A stretch of DNA of 64,000 nt from Gonapodya sp. JEL0774 (lineage: Eukaryota): NCBI GenBank assembly GCA_027604505.1, contig JADIIX010000019.1, positions 62,001-126,000 of the forward strand. The letters are read 5' to 3'. The position numbers and the translations under genes are program-made. Numbering within the stretch: the stretch's first letter is position 1; each line of letters opens with the position of its first letter. Shown here piece after piece: positions 53,136 to 64,000 of the stretch. The notes under the pieces are model-generated. The model had not been told where the DNA came from. It saw only the letters and a list, made by a program, of their open reading frames with translations, and made no database searches.

Positions 53136-54005
53136 CTATGGAGAAATGTGATTATGGAGGGTGGTGACGTCCGAGACAAGGAGAGAACAAGGACACAAAT
53201 GGGAAGTGGAAAAGTGTAAGAGGTTTCAGGGTGGTGAGACGGAGGAGTGTGAGTGGAGTAAGTGGGGTGGGGATTGAGGTGAATCAGTACGAAGCAACAG
53301 GGAACGAGAGGAACGAGAGAGGGGAGAAGAAAGGAGAAGGAGAAAAAAAGAACTGGGGATAGAAAAGGGAGAAAGCCAAAGGACAATTTGGTTGTTGGAA
53401 TAGAGCAGCGCCGGCGGAGTAGGGAATGCGAAGACAGGGAACCGAGCGTGAAAGTGAAGGGGAGGAGAGGAGAGGGGACCTGCCCGCGGGGGAGAAGGAA
53501 CGAACAAGAAAAAATAAAAACAACAAACCATCGTTTCTTGTTCTGAATCTTGTGGTGAGAGAGCCTGCGCTTCCACGGGATGCGGAGCGTGACATTTGGA
53601 GAACGAGTGGGGGCAGGGGGCTCACAAAACACATTGTACACAGTGTGGGTGCACAATTGCTTCCCGACCCACGGAATCACACAATAATTCTAATACATGA
53701 CTTGGTCGCTTGCTTCAGGACCGCTTTACCTCATCATCTGCCGAGGTTTTGGGGACATCCAATAAATCAAATTGAATGAATGTACACATCGTCACGTGTA
53801 GACGGATAGCAGACATGCTGAATAACAGCTGTAGGACTTCACCATTGCGCAGTTTTATGTCCATTAATTTTCTGCGGTCTGAGTAGTGCGGTTCCGCAAA
53901 GTTAAGCTGTAGGGTTTGTGATACAAGATAAGAACTGTGGTGGTGCAGGGTGCCTGGGGGTGTGTTGTGGGGAGTGCGAGTGGGCAGAGAGGACAGGACC
54001 ACACG

Positions 54006-56000
54006 ATGAAGGTGAGGGGAGAGAGAGAGAGAACAGGGGCGACGCGCAGTACACAGCCACAGTGTGGACAGCAGTCCAGGCACACTCAACGGCCACTTGA
54101 GCCACGGGATGGGATGGATGGACATGGGCAAAGATGGATGCATCAGACACCACCCCCACTCGCACTCTTGGGTGCCCCCCCGATCTCACCCTTTTTCCTT
54201 CATTCTGCCCCCTATCCCTCTCCCCTCTCTCCTCTCCCCTCTCCTCCCTCTCCTGCCTTCTCCTCTCCTCCTGCACTCCCCTCTCCCCTCTCCTCCAATC
54301 TCTCCGTCCTCCCCAGCTCAACATCGCCTACCCCGCAACGGGGGCTCAGAAACTCATCGACATTGATGACGAGCGCAAAGTGTGCGTATCCATCCTCCAC
54401 ATTGTCCATGAATCCCGGGTGGTAGCGGGAAAAAGAGTTTCGCGGGCCCCAATGTGGACAGACTACACAACGAGAGACACAGAGAGCGTGGACGAATCTG
54501 CGCGTGAGCGGCAATGATGGAACGATACTTGCATGGAGGTTGTGCGTCGTGGATCCAGAACGTGGACATTGGCGTTGTACACGGGGATTGACTCTTGTGT
54601 TCGATGTCTGTTCCAAAGTATACCACATATATTCGCATGAGGTTGTGCGTCGTGGATCCAGAACGTGGACATTGGCGTTGCACACGGGGATTCTTGTGTT
54701 CGATGTCTGTTCCAAACTATACCATATATTCGAACACCCCGCTCATACCCCCCTCTCCGTCTCACTCGCACCACACAACCGCCCCCCCCCCTTCCCAACA
54801 CAGCCGCATCTTTTACGACAAGCGCATCTCCGCCGAAGTCCCCGGCGACTCCATCGGCGACGAGTTCAAGGGCTACATCTTCAAGATCACGGGCGGCAAC
54901 GACAAGCAAGGCTTCCCCATGAAACAGGGCGTCCTGGTGCCCCACCGTGTCCGCCTGCTCTTCTCCAAGGGCCACTCGTGTTACCGCCCCAGGAGGACCG
55001 GGGAGAGGAAGCGCAAGAGTGTCCGCGGCTGCATCGTCGGACCGGACTTGGCCGTCCTGAGCTTGACCGTCGTCAAGCAGGGCGAGAATGAGATTGAGGG
55101 CTTGACGGATCGCAACGTGCCAAAGAGGTTGGGACCAAAGAGGGCCAGCAAGATTCGCAAGATGTTCGTGAGTAAGACTGAGAACCCCTTTTTATCGAGC
55201 CCGTCATATCGAGCCGGAGGCGAGATGGCCCCGTGGAGCTGCAGACCAGATGCTCTTGGAGTCCCTGTTTGAGATTGCCTTCCATTGTTCTGTTGGGCCG
55301 CAAGCGAGGTTGCCACCATAATTTGTTTTTTTGAGCCGCTGACGAGATGGTCCTGCGAGCCCGTCTGCCGAGATACTCTGTATAGGCTTTCAGCCATCCG
55401 AACTGACCATCTCAACTCACCCCCTCTTTACCCGCTTCCCTTTCTCTTCCCCCCCCCCCCCCCCCCACCAGGGCCTCAAAAAGGAAGATGATGTTCGCAA
55501 ATACGTTATCCGCCGTGAACTCGCCCCCAAGGGTGACAAGAAGCGCGGCTCCAAGGCCCCCAAGATCCAGCGGCTCGTTACCCCCTTGACGTTGCAGAGG
55601 AAGAGACACCTCAAGGCGCTCAAGGTCAAGAAGTCCACGGCGGCGAGGGAGCAGGCGGCGGAGTGAGTGTGGGGGCTGGGAGATGGGGGATGGCGGATGG
55701 CAGCTGGTGTGGGGATCATTGTCGTGGCGTTCTTCAGTCGTGCGAGCCGAGCCGAGCTGCGCCCGCGCCGGGGGATGGAAAATGGCGGCAATCCCCTCCC
55801 CAACGATATGTATCTCACCAACACACTGCACATGTGAACTGACCCTGTTTCTCACCCTCTCCCCGTCTCCCCCTTTCCCTCCCGCCCCCCAAAGCTACGC
55901 CATCCTCGTCCAGCGCAAGGTCAAGGAGGCCCGCGAGAAGAAGCAGGAGGCCCGTCGGCGTCGGTCGTCGTCGGTCAAGAAGTCCACCGCGACGGCTTGA
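54006..56000 (+). CDS. RPS6: 40S ribosomal protein S6 (eS6), five exons: 54006-54011, 54317-54381, 54804-55167, 55472-55662, 55895-56000
   Basis: [76 protein letters not shown]|..[18 protein letters not shown] phospho-tail. Confidence 0.98.
54531..54732. repeat. About 104-bp tandem duplication inside RPS6 intron 2
   Basis: gcat(g)gaggttgtgcgtcgtggatccagaacgtggacattggcgttg(t/c)acacgggga..cttgtgttcgatgtctgttccaaa(g/c)tatacc..atatattcg occurs at 54531 and 54635. Confidence 0.95.
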
Positions 56001-56397
56001 GCGAGTCGCGTCCGTGGTGGCGGGCGTGGTGGTGGTTGATGTGTTTGCACTGGGTGGGACGGAAAAGTGCAAAAGTGCAAAAGGGAAAAGGAGAACGATT
56101 TTTTGGGTGTTGGTTTGGTGGGGTGGGATGGGTGCGGGTACGGGTGCGGGGCGGCGGGGATATCTGTTCCCCCAATTCTTCCCCCACCCGCCCGAGTGTG
56201 TGTTCCTGGAGTGGAACGCTCCAATGTTTGGAGTGTGTGGGGTGTGGTGTGTCGGAGAACCCGTGGAGCCGGCGTGGTCCTGAGTTCTGTCCCGCTGTAG
56301 TTTGTAGTTTGTGGTGGAGTGGAGGAGAGTCGGGATTGGTGTATACGCGCACATATTTGAAACAATGAGATGGGTCACGTCTCGTGTAATGGTTGGG

Positions 56398-56490
56398 NNN
56401 NNNNNNNCCGCGGGGCGCCCGCCCCGCCCCGCCCGCCCGGCGCCCCGCCCGCGCCCCCGCCGCGCCCCCGGCCGGGGGCGCCGGGGGTGG
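56398..56490. other. Scaffold gap (N at 56398-56407) followed by a near-pure GC tract
   Basis: 10 N followed by (ccgc)n/gggg-rich sequence. Confidence 0.85.
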
Positions 56491-57094
56491 TTGGAATTTT
56501 TTGAAACGGAAGGACTGTAAGTGAGCGTCATGGTGAATGGTGATGTGTGTTGTTCACGGTTGAGTGGGCTGGGTGCAACGCACCACGCGCCCTCACACGT
56601 GGTGGGTTCTCACGGCAGCTGGGACGCATATCGACCGTGAACTGACCACCGAATCACACGAGAATTGAACAGATCAATCTGTGATGCCCGTTTCGCTTTC
56701 ACGGTGCTTTAGTTCTAGATGGACGGAAGGGGTGGAAAGGATGAATGTTCCTCCTCCCAGTTGTGACCTATCCTGACTCCGTTTTCAGGGGTATGTTCGC
56801 ACATGAACGCAGATTCGATATCTCAAATTTGAGAGGGCGGTCACGAGTTGTTTGATGACGGGAGGATAGGGTCGAACGGAATACGTACAATTCATCGTGT
56901 GTTTTGTGTATAGTATGTACAGCAACGCAAAGCACGATGGGGTGACACCGGCCGGGGCCTAGTTTCATATATGTTTGCTGTTTGAGGTTCGTGTGGGCCC
57001 CGTGCAGCATCCAGACAGGTTCGATCGGAGAGCTGTGTTCCGACAAGCGCGCACTCGAAACACATAATCCCCATCACCCTCCAATCCTTTACAT

Positions 57095-59158
57095 ATGTCC
57101 GTCATTCCCGTGAGTTGCTTGCCACTCGAGCGATCCATTACGCGGGCACGTCCTGGCTATGTGTGTTGACCCGAGTGTTTGGATTCACTGTGGTTCCGCT
57201 TTCCGAACCGGAACTCGCAATGGCACCACGATATGGGAAAATCACTCTCGGTTGGGGGGCCGGTACACGATTGGGTTCGTAGGCCTCGCAAAAAGGTGAG
57301 TTTTTTCACTCTGGTGATGTGGGCTTTGCTTCGTCGCTTGGACAAGTGATGTTGTACTGGGTACGCTCACACCAATCATCCACGTATCGACAGCCTGGGT
57401 CATCCAGAAGCTCGATGCGAACCCTCACGCGCACAAGGTTGTGACGATTCCGACGCCCAAAGTGACGGCGGATACGGTGTTGGTTGAGGTGGGTGTTGTT
57501 GGATATGCCCCGTAGTGGGGAGGTGGACAAGGTGCACGGTGGGCCTCACTGTTTTCTTTCATTCTGGGGGCATCAGATTCGAGCTGTGGGGTTGAACTTT
57601 TACGACTTGCTGTACGCGGCTGGACAGTATCAGTACAAGGTGAGTGAAGGCGAATAAGAGTCTTGTTCGGGGGTCACTGGTCACTCGATCGACGTTATCA
57701 CCCCACCCCACATTTCCCCCAGCCCAAGCTTCCTTTCAGCATCGGTTCCGAGTATGCTGGCGTCATTGTTCAAGTCGGCTCCGCCGTCGCTGCCGCGGGC
57801 ACGTTCAAAGTCGGGGACCGTGTCTTTGGCACAGCCAACCCTGGAACCGAGTACGGTGGTGCAGCTTGCGAGTACATTCTCGCGAAGCCATCGACCGCGG
57901 ACCCGTACGCGTTCATGAAGTGCCCTGAGGGGCTCACGATGAGGGAGTGTGCGGCGATGAGGGTCACATATTTGACGAGTTACCATGGCTTGGTTGGTGA
58001 GTTAAGAGGTGGTCGCAGGGTACCATGCCGTTGTTGGTGTTGAACACTGTTCGCGTTCGTGCGGCGCAGACCGTGGTCACATCAAGAAAGGGGAGTGGGT
58101 TCTCGTGCACGCTGCTGCTGGGTGAGTGTGTCTTCTCCTACGGTCAATTTTGTCCATTTTATGTCCCTCTGCTTCGCATTTACATTGGAACTTCTGTCGT
58201 TTCTTCCAGGGGTGTTGGCATGGCAGCAGTGCACATTGCCAAGAAGTTTGGTTGCTTTGTCATTGCGACTGCTGGAACTGACGAGAAATGCCAAGTTTGC
58301 TTGGACAACGGAGCTGACGTTGCCATCAACGTGAGTTGCTACCATTTTGGTTCACACCAGTCCCTGCTCGTTTTAACCCGATTTTTCTGCCATCCGACTC
58401 ACTACTTCCTTACTGTGTAGTACAACAAAGACAAGGAATGGGGTGTTACCGTCAAAAAACTCGCCCAAAAACACGGCCGTGAAGGCGTCGATGTCGTGTA
58501 CGACGTCGTCGGCCTTGTGGAGGCGAGTTTCAAGTGCACCGCATACGATGCAAGGATCTTGCTGGTTGGCTTCACTGGACGGACACCACAAAACCCCGAG
58601 AGAATCAGGACCAATCTGGTGCTTGTGAAAGGATTGAACATTATCAGGTGGGTGTCTGCTCTAGGCGGGTTACCGACACATTTGAGTGTGCATTAATGCT
58701 TGGGTTGCTTACTTAGTGTTACCATGGGTGCAACACTTGGACGGTGGCCTGAAAAGGCACCCCCCATCTGGGAGGGCCTCTTCGATCTCTTCGCCACAAC
58801 CAAGTTCAAGCCCTTGGTTTACAAGGTGTGTTCTGTCTGTGACTTTTGAAATACTCACCACTTTTTAGCGATGTGTTGTTGGCCTTCATCACTCAGACCC
58901 GGTACCGTGGACTTGACACAATGAGCCAGGCTTTGGAGGAACTTGGTGCCCGGAAAACATATGGTGGGTTCTGCATTTCCGAAGTGTTTCCTCCCATTGA
59001 TTTCAGATCAATCGTCCTCTGCTTGTCGACGCGTACGTCACAAAGGCAAGGTTGTGGTGGAAGTTGGGAAGGTAAGCTTCATTTTGGATTGTGTACAAGG
59101 TATCCGTTAATCATCCTTGGTACACTAGGGTGACGAGGACGAGACCGCAAGGTTGTAG
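57095..59158 (+). CDS. NADPH:quinone oxidoreductase / zeta-crystallin-like MDR family enzyme with C-terminal PTS1 (ARL)
   Basis: MSVIP|ASQK|AWVIQK..VLVE|IRAVGLNFYDLLYAAGQYQYK|PKLPFSIGSEYAGVIVQVG..FKVGDRVFG, TYLTSYHGL, HAAAG|GVGMAAVHIAK, GVDVVYDVVG and RKTY|GKVVVEVGK|GDEDETARL*. Confidence 0.92.
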
Positions 59159-59438
59159 AGGTGAGAAATGAGTTGAAACAGTAGTGTGTAATATAGAAAG
59201 AAAGGGTGTTGAACGAGTCCAAATCATTGAACATTAATGCCATGCTCCCAATCAAGACGATCGGGCATGTAAATACGCTATTATGTTGAAAGCAGAAGAG
59301 ACAAAAACTGTTGTTACTCCTTTATTGCACACGCCAAAAGGTGCTTGAAATGTTGTACTCTTGCTAATACTGGGGTTTTTATACGAAGAGAGTGACAGTT
59401 TCCTGTACTTCCCGCCACTCTCTGATCTCCGAAGATCG

Positions 59439-61900
59439 TTACTTTAACAGTTGCGGTGTCTTTCTCCTCTCGCCAATAACATGCTTTCTGCTTGGCCCCG
59501 GCATTGTTGACGTCATCCCGATTGGCGAACCGACCACGGTTTGAGGGGAGAGGGTATCCGAAGATGAAGGGCTCATGAGGTGGCTGGGATCATACTCAGT
59601 CATAGCAGAAGGAGAATCGGTTGTGTGCGGGATGAATGCGAAATCGGCGGGTGGGGAATGAGGCGGCGGAGACGGTGAAGGGGGTGATATTGTTATGAGA
59701 GGCGAAGGCTTTGTTACATTGCCACGCGATGAATATGGCCTTTTGACGGGTGAGCTTTTCCTACCAGGGGACTTTGGTGGTCGGCCCTTGGAGAAATCCC
59801 AGCTGCCGATTGAAGATATGGTTGTGGAGCGCGGCATTTCAGTGTCCCCGCGTGACCAATCCAATGAAGCGGGAGAGAAGCCTGGGTAGTGGGTTGAAGG
59901 CTCCATGCTCAGTGGAAGTGGGGCGATCTGGGCGACATCTACTGTCCGAGCGGGTGCCGGAGACCGGACGGATCCGGAGACAGAACCGAGTCGCACCGAC
60001 TGAAGCTCTTCCACCAACACCATGGATTCTCCACGCTCCGCCTGTGTATTGGAGGGGAAAGGTGAGAGCTCCACGGGAGAAAAGTCGTCGGGGAAGTCCA
60101 GGAGCGGTTGATCCTCGTCAGCGAGGGTGACGTGAATAATGGGTATGGTAGGTCGAAGTGTCTCACTGAGGGGGGACCGGGCGTACTGAACGCAAAGGCC
60201 CAAAACGAAACAGGGAGACTCAGTTTTGACCATGCGAAATCCAATCGCTTCGTGACGTACCTCTGGAGCGGATACACCCCCAATTTCATTTCTTCGTGAG
60301 CTTTTCCCCAACGATAGAGCTCGCCCGATGTTTCCGAGAACGGAGTTTCCCCAGATTCCGTCTCCAGGCAAAGCCCGTGTGTCAGGATCCAACAGTGAGT
60401 ATTGGTTTCCTTTGCTCCAGCCGTTGGGTGCAAGGATAGGATTGTGCTTCTGTTCGTGATCGCTGACATGGTCGTAGGGGTCGCGATGGTGGTTTGCGTT
60501 TGGTCCGAGCGACTCTGTCGCACCTTGTCCATTTCCAATTCCTAAAGAGCTGCGACTGTTCGCGAGACGCGAGTTGGAGCCTGATTGACTACATCCCCCA
60601 CTAGGTCCTCTGTTGTTGGTACTGGAAGTGCCGTTGGGACGAGAGGTGACCACGACGCTGTCATTAGCAACAAGCGAAAATGGCGATCCGGGTTTGGTTC
60701 CCCAGAGCGAGTACCGTGAGGTGGCAGTTCGATGTCTCCGCTTGTAACTTGTGTAACCCGCCATCGCCATAAGAGCAACCACCACCAAAGAGAGTGGAAT
60801 CAGAATCCCCATCATCCATTGGCGGAGGTTGTCGTTACCAGCGGTAGAGCTCGTCGGGGAGCCCAAATTCGAGACAGATGATGATCCATCACCAGATGAC
60901 GATGAGAGCACGCCCGATCCACCAGCACCGCTTCCTACGACCGGAACTTCTGCCGAGATGGCAGTGGTTGAGACGGTTGTAAAAGAGGAGTGGGTTAAAG
61001 CAGTCGATTTGGCCAAGCCGGTGGGGACTGAGGAATCGAAGACGAAAGTTACAGATTCGGAGGTGAGTATTTGAGTAGCTGTGAACGCTCGCGTGTTCGC
61101 GACTGGTAAGTCGATGTCACTGGTTGGTCTCGGACGGGCAACTCCTTGTCCGGAAGCCCATGAAATTGTTGCATTCAAAGTATCTTTGACTATTGGAAGA
61201 CAAAAGGTATCAAAATGTTAATCATATGATCGCGGCTGTACTTCACAACGGTTCGGCTCACATGTACACATTCGCACTGCATCTAGGAGTTGAGCACAAC
61301 CGTTGTTGCATTCCCACCATCCCCCATCAGAATATGCAGCATCAAGAATCGGTTTATTGCAGGGCCTATCATTGTTGTTACACTGGAATGGTCCGTGGAG
61401 GTCGCAATTCGAAGAGCAGGCTGTGGTTTGGGAGGGAAGTTCAAAACACGGACGACTGGTTGATTGTTTGAACGGACACCTCGCACCAAATGGGTCCTGC
61501 AAGCATGCTGATGATGTGGGAAACAGAGGAAGTGCCGGGTCGGGGATTCGCAGGTAGAAGCAGGCGAGCGACTCGTTGCTGCAACCTGGCAGCGGGACCA
61601 CTTAGTACATGGCCATAAATGTAATCCAAAAGAGCGAGAGAAAACCCACTCGTCGGACAGGTCGCCTGGCTCCCTTGATATGAAATTTGGGGTAGACATC
61701 CAAACGAAGATCCGCAGTTCATGCACTCCCCATCGCTTTCACATGACGGTAGCAGCGCCAACTGCGAGTAGTACAGACACGACAGAGACGTGGCCGAGAG
61801 AACGCCTGAATATCTCGAAAGGACCCAGACGGTTACAAAGGAAGAAATCGCGGCGAGGTTCAAAACATGGAGGCGACGCGAAGATTCTCCGAAAGCGTTC
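59439..61900 (-). CDS. Putative type-I membrane protein: Cys-rich ectodomain, S/T-rich stalk, one TM helix, long disordered cytoplasmic tail; start uncertain
   Basis: Hydrophobic LAAISSFVTVWVLS then many Cys (61863-61250). S/T/G-rich region, then TM WMMGILIPLSLVVVALMAMAGY followed by basic KRRHR. The last exon is a 579-aa ORF. Confidence 0.7.
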
Positions 61901-62299
61901 CAACGTCTTTTTGTATACAGAGCGCTGGTTCAAGAACACACCTCGTGAGCGAAATTCTGCCGCTTTCTCTGCTCGTTTGATCATGATTTTTCTTCGTCTC
62001 AGATGGCGAATGGATGAGTTTTGGTTGCGCCGGCGCTGTTCGCGCACAGCACATACTCGTTTCCAAATTTGGTTTAAATTTAAATTCTTAACGTTCCCTT
62101 GAAAATTTCGACACGAATACGGCAGCGGGAGCTCATCGGAGTAATACTATTTTCTCTGTGACTAACTACCGATGACCTCAAGTCAGACGCGGAACGGCGG
62201 GACTCCCACAGTTCGTTGAGGCGGACAGCAATAAAGCACCATATCTGAAAAGTGCTGGTTGGTGCAATCACCATGTGCACAATATTATATTATTGTCCT

Positions 62300-64000
62300 T
62301 CAAAAAATGGTACCATCTCCTGCAACTCCAATAGGTGGACCGCTTCCTTTATCCCCCCTCAATTTCTTGGCCACCTCTCTGCCTCCCTTCCATGTGCCTC
62401 CTTCTAAAACCTTGGCCAGCGGCAAATCCACCTTAGTAACACCGAGACGCTCTCGAATACGTATTGCAACCAGATCGAGGAGTGGGACAGTGAGCGCACG
62501 CCATTCCACAATAATGGGGTGAGAAGGGGGGAGGGCAGAGGAAGGTAAAGTAAGTGGTTTGATGACGCCCATGTCAACAAAGAGGCCACCATTGCCTATG
62601 TGGTGGGGAGGTGCGGTTTGACTTGACAAACTGACAGGAGGCGGTTTCGCCACTACTCACGGTACTCTGCAAGTCCCGTCAAATCGTCCGTCCCTTGCAT
62701 GATCACACTTCCAATGATCTTTTTCCCGTCTTGCTCCACAACCCAGCTCACACCACACTTTTCCACTACCTCCACCACACTATATACCAGCCATTGTGTC
62801 AATTTGTGGAATGCCACAAAATTGTCCGTCCGCTCCCCTATGGCCTCCTTTGCATCACCAACCCACGACGAGGCTGGCAGCTGAGAAAGAGCCTCCGATT
62901 TCCAAACGTCACCCATTGGCACACCCGCAATCTTCGTGCGACTGGCGGGCCATATGGTGGAGAAGCCATGTGCGGGAGAAGTGAGAGCCTCCCAAAGTGC
63001 TGTAAGATGAACGGTAGCCACTGGGCTGGTAGAATGCGAGTAATGACTTGCGGACGTGTGACATAGTAGCCAGTCGAGAATGTTGCCTGGTCTGGAGAAC
63101 TTTGCGGCCACGGTCGCATAGAGGGTGCCGTCGGGCCTAACACCACTGTACATGCGGCCAAACACTTCCTTATCAGCATCGAGAGCTTCGCCGAGGCGTG
63201 TAAGAAGGGAGTGGCGGCCCTCAAGGCCCGCGAGGGGATTGGCGGTGGGGTTATGTTGACAGCAAGTGGCTAAGGTTGACAGCGGAAGGTTGCGAAGAGC
63301 CGCGGCTGGAAGAAAGAGAACGTGTTAAGATAAATAGATACGAAGAGGTATTTAAGATTAGATTCGTCTGGCGATGGTGATGTTCCACATCATCTTTACA
63401 CTTCTCAAATGTCCAGGTTGCCAAAAGCTTCAATTCTTCCATTACCCTAGTGATCTTCATCTAATCCACTCACCATCTACGCGGCAGGGATCTGTCGCAT
63501 CGCTGGAGAACAGACCCTTACGAAACATATCGACGCTAACAATAGCCAATCCCTCAGAACGTGTGTATGTTTCACCCGCTGGGTGCTCGTCTCCATAGGA
63601 GCTCTGCTCTACATACTTCCATGTGTCGCCGGCGCCTGCATCCAACAAGACAGAGACGAATGTGAGATCCAACGCACGCCTTGCAGGCTCAAGGGGGTCC
63701 TCAGACGATTGCATGGCGGTGCTCTTCCAAGATTGAAGTAGCCAGCCTAGCCGTTTAATCCCACCCGCATCAAAATGGCGCCACCGGGAGTGAGGAGGAA
63801 TATTTGTTACGGAGATCCCATCAATCACCTTCCCTATCTCGTCTCCGCCAGAAGAGGGATAGTCCCGTTTCATAAGCCCGAGAATAAAGTCCACGACATC
63901 ATCGATTTTTGACTCATCAAGCGTAAAGTGCTTCAAGAAGCCCTTCCCGTCACGTCCTGGTGTGGCCAGTGCAGCGTTCAGAAGACGCGTTGTGGTATCG
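62300..64000 (-). CDS. URC4: Uracil catabolism protein 4 / Urg3 (DUF1688), 5' end outside the window
   Basis: IPPHSRWRHF, LDLTFVSVLLDAGAG, RSEGLA, FSRPGNILDWL, FHKLTQWLVYS, LTGLAEYR|NGGLFVDMGV, IVEWRALTV, LAKVLEGGTWKGGRE and PPI..DGTIF*. Confidence 0.9.

Noticed and set aside
53841..53882. CATTGCGCAGTTTT..GTCTGA resembles U14 snoRNA domain A plus box D
   Set aside because: Imperfect domain A, no domain B and no clear box C.
55175..55260. CTGAGAACCC as a TPP riboswitch core
   Set aside because: The downstream CTGATC..GATAATxCCAGCG element is missing, and the host gene is unrelated to thiamine.
51432..56531. Many overlapping ORFs in the ORF track, here and antisense to the called genes
   Set aside because: Shadow ORFs caused by GC-rich or low-complexity DNA and antisense coding frames; no family motifs.

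Overview
Gene-dense, intron-rich eukaryotic DNA with short, mostly GT-AG introns and two 10-N scaffold gaps. Cilium-associated genes (KIF9, IFT70/TTC30, katanin p80, CCDC87-like) sit alongside fungal-type metabolism genes (URC4/DUF1688, Sip1-type GH36). I infer a flagellated, early-diverging (chytrid-like) fungus. About 19 protein genes were reconstructed by splicing the ORF fragments by eye. In order: KIF9, a conserved RS/K-rich protein, Sip1/raffinose-synthase GH36, UBE2E-like E2, MBIP-like, CCDC87-like, UBE2U-like E2, TAF2 fused to six bromodomains, IFT70, SF3B1, KATNB1, a C2H2 transcription factor, a coiled-coil protein, ARP3, CUL3, RPS6, an MDR quinone oxidoreductase, a Cys-rich membrane protein and URC4. 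Most notable: (1) a TAF2-6x bromodomain fusion; (2) a UBE2U-like E2 whose catalytic Cys is replaced by Ile; (3) homologues of proteins mainly known from animals (MBIP, CCDC87, UBE2U); (4) a peroxisomal PTS1 carried on its own terminal micro-exon; (5) a GC-rich island around RPS6 with long, structured introns whose ends are self-complementary. No tRNA, rRNA, CRISPR array or clear transposon was found. Family assignments rest on motifs recalled from memory, not database searches.
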